From Blastocystis sp. Blastoise (taxonomy: Eukaryota; Protista; Bigyra: Opalinata): 64,000 nucleotides of DNA. The position numbers and the translations under genes were made by a program. Under the pieces are notes generated by a model. It made no database searches. It was not told where the DNA came from and was given only the letters and a program-made list of their open reading frames with translations. The stretch lies in the NCBI GenBank assembly GCA_039096225.1, contig JBBPEB010000024.1, positions 62,001-126,000 on the forward strand. The letters run 5' to 3'. Positions 27,643 through 42,317 of this stretch are shown piece after piece (position 1 is the stretch's first letter; every line of letters starts with the position of its first letter).

Positions 27643-30600
27643 GGATAAAACGAAAACAATCTAATTCTCTTAAAAGAAGAGATATATTTGGAAATTTTTT
27701 GAATACTCACAAATCAAAAAAGAGAAATAATCAAATATTAGACGAAAGTCAAAATGATTTAAATCAAGATAATTCATTATTCAATACAAATAATTCATTA
27801 AATAATGTATATCAAATAAGTGAACAACATCAAATACAACAAAACTATATAGAAACTATATCTTCTTCTTCTCTAATTTCAAGTGTTACTTCAACTCAAA
27901 ATAATTATACAAACTTATCTATTAATAATGCAATCGGCACATTAATTAGTGAAACAAATTTTATTGAATCAAATTTAAATAATTATACAAATTTAAATAA
28001 TGAAAATATTGCTCAAACATTAATTAATGAAACAGATTTTATAGAAACTGACATAAATAATAACAACAATGAAAATATGTCTCAATCAATAGTTGATGAT
28101 AGTTTTAATTCTACTTTTGTTTTTGAAAATAATGATACAAATGATAATACACAACCTACTATATTAAATAATCCTATAACTCCTTTACATAATCAACACA
28201 ATAATGATATTCTATCAGATAATAATAGCAATAATAATCATACTCCATCTATACATAATACACCAAATTCTAATACAAATAATCAAATAGTATTTCCTTC
28301 TACTTCTCTCATTATAACACCTCCTAGATTATCACCTATTATAACACCTCCTAGATTATCTCCTCTTGATTCAAGAATTATTAATTCTTCTTCTTCTTCT
28401 CATAATAATAATAATAATAATTCTATTATTCCTCCTCTACCAAGATCATCAATATTAGATATATTAAATTATTATCAAATATCTCCTATTCAAAATCCTA
28501 ATAATAATAATTTATTATCAGCAAAAATAAATAATCATAGAAGAAGAATTAATTTTGATTCTTCTACTTCAGATAATGATTCAAGTTCAGATAGTGATTT
28601 CACACCTATTATTCCTCCTAATACTACTAATAATCCTATTTTGCAAATACAGCCAATAAACTCTACAAATAATAACGATATAGATATAGATAATCAAAAT
28701 GAAAATAATAATGGAGAAAATAATAACAATATTCCTATTGTAATAAGATTTGAAAATTGTGAAGCATGTATTAAATTAAGTATGCTTAATATTATATTAT
28801 CATTATAATTCTTTCATTATGATAATAAAACTATTATTATATTATGTATAGGAAATGGAGAACAAATAATAGAAGAGAATGAAAGAGATATTCATAGAAA
28901 TAATAAATATGAATATTATAATATAGGTAAAATGAATCATGTTTGTATTCATTGTGAAGCTATTCATTTTGAAGCAGAAAGAGCAAACTATAATTTTAAT
29001 AAATATGTTTCACACTTACAGTATAATACAGAGTCTTCTAGAGCACGAAATTCATTTTATTTTTATGAAGGAGATCATGATTATATCATTACAAGAAATT
29101 CAAATTATACAATGTGTTGTAATAATGGGAAAGTGAAAGTAGAATCACCTATAAATCTTCCAAATGAATTATTAAATCAATTAAAGAGTCAGACAACAAA
29201 TAATAAATTATTTAGAAATGAGATAAGAAGATATAATAATGCTTTTGCTTTTGCTTCTATGTCATGTTCTAATGTAGTAACAAGAATGAATGGTCCATGA
29301 CCATATTTTTATAGAGTTCATGGTAATGTATATCATTCTATGAGTGATTTATATCCTTCTGATAATTCTCCTCCTTCTTTTAATCAAATATATATTTATG
29401 ATGAAGAAGAAGCTCTTCATATTCGAAATGGAAATAGTATGTTTTCAGAATTATCTTCTGATTTATTATTAAGTATTGATTCTATGATAAGAAATAATAA
29501 TAAAATTTATGAATCTTTTAAAACATTACATGAACAAGTAACAGAATCAAGAAGAATAAATAATACTACTTATTCACAAGTAAATTTAAAATTACAATTT
29601 AAAATAAGTAATTATGATGATAGGAGAAGATTTAATGCTCCTACTACAACAAATGAAATAGCTATGATTATACCAAAACAAAATGATGAAGGTTTACCAA
29701 ATATTAATCTTTCATGTTATCCAAGAAGAAGAAGAAGAAATGATAATAATAATGAAAATAATAATGAAAATAATAATGAAAATGAAAATAATAATGAAAA
29801 TATATCAGAACAACAAATAACAAATCTTAGCTATAATAATCCTTTTTGTGATCCTTTAATATATCCATTAATGTTTCCTTATGGATTACCATTATGGAGT
29901 TTAGAATCTACTTCTAATATTATACATAATTCTGAATTACATTTAAATCGTCAAAATAATAATAATAATAATAATAGAAATATTTCTACAAGAACAACAA
30001 CTAATAATAATAATAATGAGAATGAAATAATAAAAGAAGTAGAAAATGAATTAAATAATAGAAATAATTATAGAATAAATAGTAATCATACAGAGAATAA
30101 TGATAGTAATGGAGATGATTCAAAATCTATGAGAATTATTCCAATTTTTAGAAATAGATCAGAAAGAGGATTTCCATTAGATATTTTAGGAAATGAATTT
30201 TATACTATACCTACTATTTCATTAAGAGAATTCTATTCTTATTTATTATATGCAAGACATCCTAATCATAAGAATTATTTATTATTATTTGAAAAATTAT
30301 TATTACAATTTATGGTTGATGCAGCTACAAAAATAGAATATTCAAGATTATTATTTATAGCAAATAATCAAACAAAATTAAGATCAGAGAAATATTCTGT
30401 ATTTCGAGATACAGTGAATGAGATGATACGAAATGGATTTAGTGATGAATATATAAGAAGTAGAATGGGAAAAGCAGTTATTATTCCATCAAGTTTTGTA
30501 GGTGGTCCTCGATATATGAAGAATTCTTACTTAGAAACAATGGCTATTGTAAGAGCTTATGGTAAACCAGATTTATTTATAACAATGACTTGCAATCCAA

Positions 30601-33600
30601 ATTGGCCAGAAATCTTAGAATCATTAGAAGAAGGTCAACAACCTTGGATGAGACCTGATATAGTAGATAGAGTATTTTATATAAAATTGAAAATCTTAAC
30701 TCATTTGATAACAAACTTTAAAGTATTTGGAGAAGTTAAATGTTTATGTTATTCAATAGAATATCAGAAGAGAGGAATGCCTCATGCACATATTTTAATT
30801 ACTTTAGAGAATGAATATAAATTAAGAACTCCTGAAGATATAGATTCCTATATATGTGCAGAAATTCCTGATCCTATAAAGAATCCAAGATTATATGAAA
30901 TTATTACTTCAATGAATATGCATGGTCCTCATACAAGAACATCTCAATGTATGAAAGAAATAAATGGTCAACAATATTGTTCAAAGAAATTTCCAAAAGA
31001 TTATAGAAATGAAACTACAATAAATGAAGATGGATATCCAAATTATAGAAGAAGAGATAATGGTAGAGTATATGTAATAGGTAGACAATCAAATGTAAAT
31101 AATACTTTAGATAATAGATGGGTAGTTCCATATAATCCATATTTATCATTAAGAATAGGTTGCCATATTAATGTAGAAGTATGTTCTTCAGTAAGAAGTC
31201 CTAAATATATATTTAAATATGCTTTTAAAGGACATGATTCTATTAATGCAGAAATAGCAAGAGAAGATACTAATAATAATACTAATAATAATAATCCAAA
31301 TAATTCAAATATAAATGAAATAGAAATACCAAATGAAATGAAATCTTATTTAAAAGGAAGATATTTATCAGCTCCTGAAGCTATGTGGAGAATATATGGC
31401 TTTCCAATAAAATATTGTAATGTGAGTGTAATTACTTTAGATATTCATGATGAGAATGATAGAACTATATATTATGTAGAAGGAGATGAAGAAAGAGCTT
31501 TAGATAGAATAATGAATCAAGATACAATGTTAACATCATATTTTAAAATGAATGATTTATATATAAATGAAGAATCAAGAGGAACAATGGATGAACCCTC
31601 TATTTTAACTTATATAGAATTTCCTAAATATTATACATATGATTCAAAATTAAAGAAATGGAATCATAGAAGAAGAAATAATAAAGTAATAGGAAGACTT
31701 CCTTATATGGATCCTACAAATGATAATTTATTTTGTTTAAGAATACTTTTATTACATGTAAGTCGTCCATTAAGTTTTGATGATTTAAAATGTTATGAAG
31801 GTCAAATATATAATACATATAGAGAATCCTGTATAGCAAGAGGATTATTAGTAGATGATACAGAATATTATGATATTCTTGCAAATGAAGTAATAGATGC
31901 TACTCCTTGGCAATTAAGACAATTATTTGGTTTACTTTGTTCTTATTATCCTATTACTGATCCATTATCTATTTGGAATACTTATAGGAATGATATGATA
32001 GATGATTTCTTTCATCAATATATAAATGAATATATAAGTATAGATAGACAAGATGCATATGTATTAGATTCAGAAGATAATGAAGTGAATAGAATAATAG
32101 AAGAATATTGTATACCTAGAGCATTAAATCATATAAGAAGTGTTATAGATACAAATAAACATAATGGAGGATATCAAAGTACTAATTTACCACAATTTGA
32201 TAATAATACTAATATGATAGATTATGAATCCGAAGGAATTAATTTTGAAGAAGATCATAGAATAGCAGAAAGAAATATAAGTTTATTGAATGAAGGACAA
32301 AGAAGAGTATATGAATCAATAATGGAATCAGTGAATAATAATGAACCTCATAGAAATAATATGTTTTTTATAGATGGACCAGGAGGAACTGGAAAAACAT
32401 TTCTTTATAATACAATAATTAAATCAATAAGAAATAATATAGATGATGTGATAGCAGTTGCATGGACAGGTATTGCAGCTACTTTATTATGTGGAGGAAA
32501 AACATCTCATTCACAATTTGGATTACCTTTTGAATTAAATGAATCTTCTTCTTCTTCTATTTCAAGAGGATCTCCAAGAGCAGAACAAATTAAGAAATGT
32601 AAAATAATAATATGGGATGAAGCTCCTATGGCTTCTAAATATGCTTTAAAAGTAGTTGATCGATTATTAAGATTCTTATATAATGATGAGATAGATATTC
32701 CATTTGCAGGTAAAACAATAGTATTAGGTGGAGATTTTAGACAATGTTTACCAGTAGTAGCTCATGGAAAAGAAGCTGATATAGTTCCTTTATGTATTAA
32801 ATATTTAGATATTTGGAATGAATTTAATCAATTTCAATTGACAGAAAATATGAGAGCAAATGCAAATGAAATAGAATTTAAAGAATTCTTATTGAAGATA
32901 GGAAATGGTGAGAGATGTAATAATAAATTAAGATTATTATCAAAAGATAAAGTACATATTCCAAGAGAATGTATTTGTGATGAGAATATAGGTGAAGAGA
33001 TATTTCATGAATTTATTAATGATTCAAATACAGATATATATAGACAGAAATTAGCTTCAAATTGTATATTATGTGCAACAAATGAACAAGCATATTTAAT
33101 TAATGAAAGAATTCAAAATATGATAAGATCAAGTTCTCATCATTATTATAGTCATGATGAATTAGCAGAAGAAGTAGAAGATATAGATGAAAGAGATGCT
33201 TATAGTACAGAATATTTAAATAGTTTAATTCCTCAAGGATGTCCACCTCATAATTTAGAATTGAAAAGAGGTTCAGTTATTATGTTATTAAGAAATTTAG
33301 ATATAAAGAGAGGATTATGTAATGGAACGAGATTAGTAGTATTAGATACAAAACCAAATGTAATAAGAAGTCAATTATTAGTAAGAACTGATAATATGTT
33401 AGAAGGACAAGATATAGTATTGATTCCAAGAATTAAATTTATAGTAGATGATAGTGATTTACCATGTAAGTTAAGTAGAAAACAATTTCCTGTCAGATTA
33501 GCTTTTGCTATGACTATTAATAAATCACAAGGTCAAACATTTCAAAATGTAGGTATTTATTTAGAAAGACCTGTATTTAGTCATGGTCAATTATATGTTG

Positions 33601-33731
33601 CTTTAAGTAGAGTACGTTCTTTTCATGGTATAAAAATGTTTATAAAGAATGATAATATTAATCAAGGTCAATTAATCAGAAATAGTAATGAATGGTATAC
33701 TAAAAATTGTGGATTTAATGGAGTATTATAA
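27643..33731 (+). CDS. Helitron Rep/Pif1-like helicase (intron 28780-28851; single in-frame TGA at 29298-29300)
   Basis: Zn-finger GKMNHVCIHCEA..CCNNGKV. HUH Rep motifs DLFITMTCNPNW, EYQKRGMPHAHIL, YIFKYAFKG. SF1 helicase motifs GPGGTGKT, DEAPM, GDFRQCLPV, TINKSQGQT, HGQLYVALSR. The three ORF-track pieces join in frame. Confidence 0.93.
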
Positions 33732-34368
33732 TTTATTTTGATACTTTCGTATTTTTGTTATGTTTTTTTCGATTTTCTAATTTTTCTTATTTTTCTTATG
33801 TTTTATGAATATTTTTTTGTTATTTTTCTGTTTTCAATGATTTATTTGTTTATTTATTATTTGTTAATAATTAATTCTTAAAATTTATATTGTTTAGTTT
33901 ATAATTCTTTATCATAATTCAAAAATAAATAAATAAATAACAAAGGACAAGAAACAATCTAGTAAATAATAAATATCAGCAAAAACAATTAAATAAAATA
34001 GACTTAATAGACACATAGCATCGGCGAAGCCGATGCCACCCGCTAGTTAATATAATATAGCAAATAATAAATTGTATGCTTAAAAAGCATTTGAAAATGA
34101 AAGTTCCTATAATAAAATCACATTACAGTGTACTCTTTATGATATTTATTGCCATTTCAGTATTTATATATGCATATAAAGTCATTACTTTAGAATTTGT
34201 TTTTAACAATGTAATTAATCATACTTTAAAAAGTAATAAAATATTGGTAACCATGCTTAAACAATTCGTTTAATTGTGTTTGAAAAGATATAGTATTAAA
34301 TAAATATTTATTGAATTACTATGTATATATTTTATGATGTTGATTTTAATTTTAAATAGTATTTGTGC

Positions 34369-36885
34369 TAGGGGTTGTTGTCGAAAATATTCGACTCATT
34401 TTTGGATTTATAAATGAATAATCGAGAATTTTGTTTATATGTCGACAAAAACCATCATATAAAGTCGACAGTCGACTTAAGTCGACAAACACATAGAAAG
34501 CTCTCGTTGCATTTTTAAAAAAACTTATGTTAGGGTATCTTATCTCTACTCAAAACGTTATAAATTTTTTGAGTATATTATGTTATTCTATATTTATTAG
34601 CTTCTTTTAATGGAAAGTGAGTTGATTCTTAAAAACAAATGACTACTAATATCCTATAATATTCAAAACCTGTTTTATAATTATATTCGAGGACATAAAA
34701 ATAAAAATTAAGGTAAATTGCAACCTAAACATAGAGATTCATAACTTTACTACTTTCATATGGTACATAGAAAGAATAACTCTCCAATATTGCAAAAGAA
34801 CAGAAAAAAATGTTTATAGACAAATGAATGAGCAAAGTATTATACCAGATATAAAGCATAATGGATTTATTAATATGCTCAGAATAATAGATATGGTAGA
34901 CTGTAAACATTTTAGTACTAAATGATAAGTCTAAAAGGGTTAATCATGAAAAATATTAAAAAAAGCGTTTTAAACAACGAGAATCATTTTTTCCCCTTAT
35001 GCATGTTAAACTACATCTAATATACCCTTATATATCTAAAGTTATAACGAATTAGTTTTTTCAAAGTAAATGAGCAAATATATATATTTTTTGTTAAGTG
35101 ATAAAGAGGTGACTATTATGTTTATAAGGTTAATCTAGATATACTGTAGAAAAAATGTATTCTAAAAACAAGTATTATGATCAAAAGTCTTCATAATGTG
35201 TTAATGAGTATCTTTTTGTCAATAATTAAGCTAAAAATACCTTTTAATTAATAGAACTTCCGAACATCAATACTATATGAATATACATTCAAAATATTTT
35301 TATATCATGAATTGAGAAATGGTTTAGTTTTTTTCAAAAGTCCTTTTCTTGAATTATTGTCTTAGGTAAATGGTATATAAGATAGTTAAACATAATAAAC
35401 TGTTTAGTAATGTTTTTATATTAAGGTGAGAGTGAGATATGACTCAATTGTGTTAGAAATATTATAATTTTACATAAACGATACACACAAGTTTAAATTA
35501 ATTAAATCATCTAGAATCAATTTTTTAAATATTTTATTACTTAATAATATGTCCACAATTAGATTAATTCCGCAGTTTACTAATTATAAAAACTTAAATA
35601 ATTATTACTAAAAATTATTTCGATATTGATAATGATGGAAATACACCTTAAAGATTGAAAAATTAAAATATAATAAAATTATTTTTAAAACACACATTTT
35701 TTTTTGAAATGCATCAAAATAGTCTGAATGATACATGTTATATTTTAAATATAATTAAGAATGATATTTAACATTTTTCCATTTATATTTCAAATAAAAA
35801 CATATAAATAAGTAATTAATGACAACATGATAACTATGTATATACTAACTATTAGAAATAGGCCTATAAAAAACACAATACTATATAACTAAAAGAATAT
35901 TAAAAATATGAAGAGTCATATTGTTTTATAAATATTGGAAATTTAATTAGAATATATATAACATATATTAATATTGGAATATTATTTTTAAAAAACGGTG
36001 TATAAACAATACAATAAAAAATATCATAATAATATAACATGAACATTACATAGTTTAACAATAAAAAACTGAGACAGAATATAGAGTATAATGAATAGAA
36101 TATATTTAAAAATGCCTCAAGATAAAATATAGAAATAATAACCTAATAATCGTATAATCATAATTTAAAACTGTCATGAGACTCTGATAGAAATGATTCA
36201 CATTTATAGAAGCTTTTCATAACTTCAAGAGCCTCAACAGTTCTTTGTGCCAGTCTACATCTTAATTTCGTTAAAGAATTATTAACTTGACTAAATGCCT
36301 GTTCTACAGGTACACTTGAACCAGGTGTCATAAATATATCTTCAGCAAATAGACTTAACTTACCATATATTTTTTCCTATGATTTCCACCACTGAAGTAT
36401 AGTAAGTCCATCAATACTTTCTCTACTACTACAAATGAAAGTCTCTAATGAAGAAGTTTCAAGTTCTTTAGTATATGGATGATATGTATCAAGAAAATTG
36501 TTAATAAAATTTGAAGTAGTTTCTTTCTTTCTCATTGATGAAGATTGAATTAAAGACGTATCAGAAGTGCATGCATTATTTACACGATCAACGTTAATCT
36601 CATTTGATATTTCAAGCAGGCTGTCATTTGACGGTAATGTAATAGAATCCATATTGTTTTTCGACACTGGTAGAATCACAATTGTATCTTTATTAACATC
36701 ATAGTATTGCTTATAGTACATTTTCATACTATATAATACAACAAAACATAGCATTTAATAATATAATATATATGATTCAGAATATATAATAATATAATAA
36801 TATATAATATAATAATATATAATATAATAATATATAATATAATGAAATATAATAATAATCATAGTATATAATATAGCATATTATA
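34369..36885 (-). mobile_element. hAT transposon remnant (one end plus 3' part of transposase)
   Basis: Terminus TAGGGGTTG with GTCGAC/TCGA subterminal repeats and a hAT dimerisation-domain remnant; cut by a Helitron 5' end at 36886. Confidence 0.65.
36158..36754 (-). pseudogene. hAT transposase C-terminal dimerisation domain fragment
   Basis: LQWWKS*EKIYGKLSLFAEDIFMTPGSSVPVEQAFSQV..LRCRL fits WW...YP.L...A...PASS...ER.FS; contains an in-frame TAG. Confidence 0.8.
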
Positions 36886-37420
36886 TCTTATATATAAAAG
36901 GGATAAGCTCGCACAAAATTGTACTGATATAAATGGACCGATTATTTTTTTGTGTTACGTAGTTATGTTACACTGATAACATATTAAGATACTACATGAA
37001 AAACGTATTCTGACGCGCTTTTAAAATTTTCAAAAACTCCACGTCTAAGGGCCTAAAACGGTAAGACAAAAAAAATTAACGGAAATGCACCAAATAATTG
37101 GCTGAAATTCAAAATTTGAGTTTTTATCCAATAAACATATTTCGTACACAAAATTTCTATTTATTTTTCATTTTCTCAGAAATTCCTTCATTTTTTACAT
37201 TTTTCTACTTAAAAATTTCTATTTATATTATTTCATTAAATAATTTTTATATATTTTTTTTGACTTTTATTTTTCTTTATGATGTATTTTATATTTGTTA
37301 TTAATTATTAATATATTTTATTTTAAATACATAACATTTTTCGCCACACCTATAAACTATTTTTAAATTATAAAAAGACAATTAGACAAGAATCACTGTT
37401 ATTCTGGTTTCGTTTTTTTA
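36886..37420 (+). mobile_element. Helitron 5' end (same family as 21536)
   Basis: A|TCTTATATATAAAAGGGATAAG is identical to 21536, with high similarity over ~250 bp. Right limit uncertain. Confidence 0.85.
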
Positions 37421-38479
37421 AAGTATATGATTGGATAGTTTCAGTTCAGAATTTGTTCAGCCACTAAAAATAGAGTAGTTTTAGAGACTTAGGCAAAAAT
37501 CGTGAATTTTGACAAAATTTTGACACTTTTTTTCAGTTGACTTTTTATTAGACTCTAAAATTCATGTTTAGCAGATGTTATCAAAGAATTGACAATATTT
37601 TCTTGTTTTATAAGGTCACATAATATCCAAAACGTTTTTCTTTTGTTTTAAGTCGCAATTCTGACAAATAATGGGGTCAATATTTTAAAACGTTTTATAG
37701 TTGGGTTTGAAGTGAAGACCGTCTCAGTGTCATAGATGCGACTGAAAGTGAATAAGCTGACCTCTATGGGTCAAAACCAAAATTCAGCCAAAAAGTCAAA
37801 AAATTATATTTTCTTTACACTGAAAAATTTAACCGAGCATATTTGTATCATGGGCAGTTAGACCAGAGTTTTGAATTTTAAAAATAATTACGGGAATATT
37901 TTTTTTGTTCAAAACTGAGTCTATTTATATTTTAATATATATCAGAGGACATAAGAGTTTTAAAAGACTTTTTTCATTTTATTCTATCATGACTTAAAGT
38001 TCCGCATACAAAAAGTATGTCAAAACTTATAAAAAAACTAGTTTTTCACAGGATCAAAGAAAAGTCCTTCTATTTGCTGTATTTTGAAATGATTCTGTAA
38101 TAAATAGGTATTTAAAGTTAGAAACAGTAGTTTTAAAACATTTAAAAAAACAGATCAGAGAGTCAAAGAAAATGAGTAGTTTGTTTATAAGTTATGATTA
38201 GTGGGATTCAAGAGTATTTAATAATAGTGTAGTATGTGACTTGTCACAGGTTATAATACTATTAAAATACCTAAAAAAACAACAGAACAATAAAACTGAA
38301 TTTTTATGTAATTTTTTTTTTTGACTAATAAATTTAAATTTAAACGTGAATTCGCATTAATTTTTTATTTGACGTCTGTATTTAGAACTTGAGCTTATTA
38401 AAAGGTTTTTGTATGTTTCTATGATAAGGGCATGCTATTTTAGTATTTAATTATAAAATATTTTATATATTTTTTCGTA

Positions 38480-41400
38480 ATTCTTTAAGATTTTGCATTC
38501 TGGATTCCCTCTTTCTACCTGGTAGTCTTTGTATTCTTTTTTAAGATGGTTTGTGATGTACACATGTTGACTTATTTCTTATGAGGTATTTTTTTAGATT
38601 CATTTTTAATTCATTTAGGTTTTTGGTTACTCTTGTCTACCTTCTTTCAAACAACAACTCAAGCACTGTTGAAGATATAAATATATTATATATATTTTTA
38701 TTTTTGTGCATTAGTACTTTTCCATTTTTCTCTTTTCGTATATAAATATTATTTTTATTATTGTTTATTCTTAATCATTTTATGCTTCTTATTTTATATA
38801 TTATTTAGAGTATTAATTTTTTGCCTCCATTTATGAATCCAGTTGATCGTTATATTCTTTTAAAGAAAAATGTAGGTTTATATATTATTATTATTATTTA
38901 TAACAATAATTATTATTATCTCTAGCCATTAAATGAATGTATAAAAAATGTATAAGAATCAGTGAATCATAATTATATAAGAAGAGATTAGAAGAAGCTA
39001 TGAAAAAAATTGAAGTGAACATACAACATAATGATTTAAAGAGTAAAGAAAGGGAATTAACTCAACAATTGAATTGTAATTATCCTACGATTATTTAACT
39101 TTATAATAGTTGTAATGTTCCTTCTATTATTATATCTGATACTGTATATTATTATTTTATTATATATTTACTATATTATACTGGATTCCGTATTCTGTTT
39201 TATGTAATGATTTTGTTATATTATTCTATATTATCAACTTATTAGTAGCTATTTATTATTGATTCATATTTGTTTTCTATATAATAATAATAAAAGAATA
39301 AGAATGACTATATATATATATATATAGGCACCTTTTTATTATTAGTACCTTATGTTTGTACTATTATGAACATTATTACTGCAAATAATCATGAATATGC
39401 TAAGAAGCAATGTATTCTTGAAAGAAAAATTGTAAAAGAATCATTAGTGAATGAAACATTATTTATTTGTATAAAAATTCATCATCCTCTTAAATATGTA
39501 TATACATATATTATTATTATTATTATAGAGAAGAATTTGATTATTTTTATTTTTATTTTATTTTATTCTAATTATTATTTTATATATATATATATATTTT
39601 TATTTATTTATTTATTATTTTATATATAGATAGTGAACAGATAATTCTTTATAATGTCAAAATTTCTATTTTAGAGATTAAAAAAGGTATATAAATATTT
39701 ATTACCTAATTATTCATATAATAGTTTGTTTGATAATTATTTAATGTTGAAAATTTTAGCATTTATATACTATGAGATATTTTTATAGTATTTCTTCTTG
39801 TACTTCTTGATTAGAAAATATCATATAAAACTAGAATTACTAATCAGAATATATATTTTTGTATGTTTATGTCACTACATTTTATGTAGACTATTTGAAA
39901 GCTAAATTGATTTCTTTGAAGCTTCTAATTGTAATATAATTCTTTTCAACGAACTTATTGGATAAATATATATTACATATTAAGATTTGAATTAATGTAT
40001 TACCATGTTCATTGTTATATATATTTTGGTTACTTTTATTCCTGTATTACTACTACCTCTTTTTCCATTAGACAAATCTATATTTGGAATTAATTTATCT
40101 TCTTCTGACATTTTTTTTGTCTCCTATATTCTATTCATATATCTATCTTCATATTCTTATATTCTTTTTAAATAAATAAAAGAATTGAATTACTATAAAA
40201 TTCAATTATACTCTTCCTTCGTTTAGAATTATCAATATATATTTTGAATTTTTTCTTCATCTACTCATAATCCTTTTATTTTTATATACTCATTTAAGTG
40301 CTTCTATAAATATATATACTGATTCTATTTAGTAAGAGTAGCCTTTCTATATTGATAACTCAATTCTACCTTCTAAACTATTTACTTGTTACTATACATT
40401 TATCTTTCTGAAAAAAGAAATATTATTTCTAAGAATTTAAAATCAGCATTTATGTCTCTTATTCTTTTTCTATTTATACGTTAGAAAACACATATTTTCA
40501 TTTCAGTCTTTATATAAATATTTATTCACAATTAATATTTGATTTACAGAATTAGTCTATTATAATGTAAATATATTTTTACTACTATTTTTATTTTCTT
40601 AAATATCTCAATAATATTCAAGATGTCTATCCTAGATTCAAAACATATCCATTTTATTGTTATAATACTTCTTATGCTATTAGTCTTTCCGTTATTATAA
40701 TGAATCCTACTGAACATTATCATAAAGATCTACATATACTTATTTATATTTTACATATAATGAAAACGATATTATCAAACTTATTAATAATTCTATTATA
40801 CTAATTTTTATATAAAAATAATACTAAGCTCATATTATTCATTTATTGATACGAGTGCTTTAAAGCTAAATATCTTCCAAATATTGAGTTATATAATAAT
40901 AATATTGTTATTAATGATGTTTATTCAAAAATTACTTTTGCTCTATTCCTGTATTTAGAATTAAATTTAAAGAACTAAAATTTCATTATAATACTCTTAC
41001 TATTCCTATTATATTAATTATGAAAAAGAAATGATAATAGCTATAATGCAAATATTATATATATATACTATCTTTATTCCTCCTGTGACTACTACTCATA
41101 TTCCTGATACTATTATACTTTTATCAAATTATGTTACATACAAATAATGGCTCAAAACTGAGTATTTTCTTGTTTTAATAGTACTACTGATATTCATACT
41201 CCTTCTATATTATAGAATGTTACAATTACTCATATTAATGTATACTTATTATGTCTATGTTCATTTTTTTTAATGATATTGGTCATGATCACTCCAGGAT
41301 ATTATAAACATTTCATATTATTATTATTTTCCATTATTATTACTTTATGTCATTATTATAATCATATAAGTATTCTAGTTTTTATTCTACTGTTGTGGTG

Positions 41401-42276
41401 AATCTTGATTACATGAATCTTCATATTTCTATTTTCTAACTATTGTTTATCCTCTGAGAGTATTGAATCAACTAATAATGATTCACATAAAAATAATGAT
41501 ATCAAAATTCTATTAATTTTATTAATTATCATATCATTATGTTTCATCAATATTATTTCTTCCTTATCTAAGCTTTTTATTATTTATATTTCCCTTATAT
41601 CTGAGTCAATGTAACATATATTCGAATTACAAATGTTACTACAAAATGGAGTATTCCATATTATTTAAAAGTTAATATATATATAGATTATTAAAAACAT
41701 GTCCTTTTATTTTTAATTAATGTAACCTAACAAAATTATACATATTTCTTCTTATTCATGTAATTATACATTTTCTACCAATAATACTACTAGTAATAAT
41801 GATAGTTATCCTCATTTTATTCATATTCATACTACATGTTTCCATTGATTACTATGATTATACTGTTTATAGTTTTCTTAATACTCTTACTATTATGTAA
41901 TTATTTATACTTTAATTTGTACATCACCATATATTGATTTCATTGATTAATGAAATTATCATATAATTTTAATACTATATGTAAATAATGATTCTATTTT
42001 TAGAAATTCGAGAAACACTTATATTATATTACATACGTATCACCTAATAATTATATTAATAATTATATTATGTTGTATTAAAATGATAAATCTCATGCTA
42101 TTAATATATTGTTAAGCAACTTAATTCCATTTTACTACAATTTATTTTCATTCGATTACTTTTATTTCCAAATGCTAATTATTATCTTCTTAAGTAATTC
42201 CTTTTTCTGCTTAAAACTCCTTATAATAAGTCTCTTTTATTATCTTCTTCTATTCTTGTTGTTAAATAAGACTTTG

Positions 42277-42317
<41 letters not shown>

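Larger units (their letters stand above)
21536..34046 (+). mobile_element. Full-length Helitron (~12.5 kb)
   Basis: 5' A|TCTTATATATAAAAGG. 3' hairpin GCATCGGC-GAA-GCCGATGC (34018-34036), then CTAG|T. Encodes Rep-helicase. Pairing of these two ends is inferred. Confidence 0.85.
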
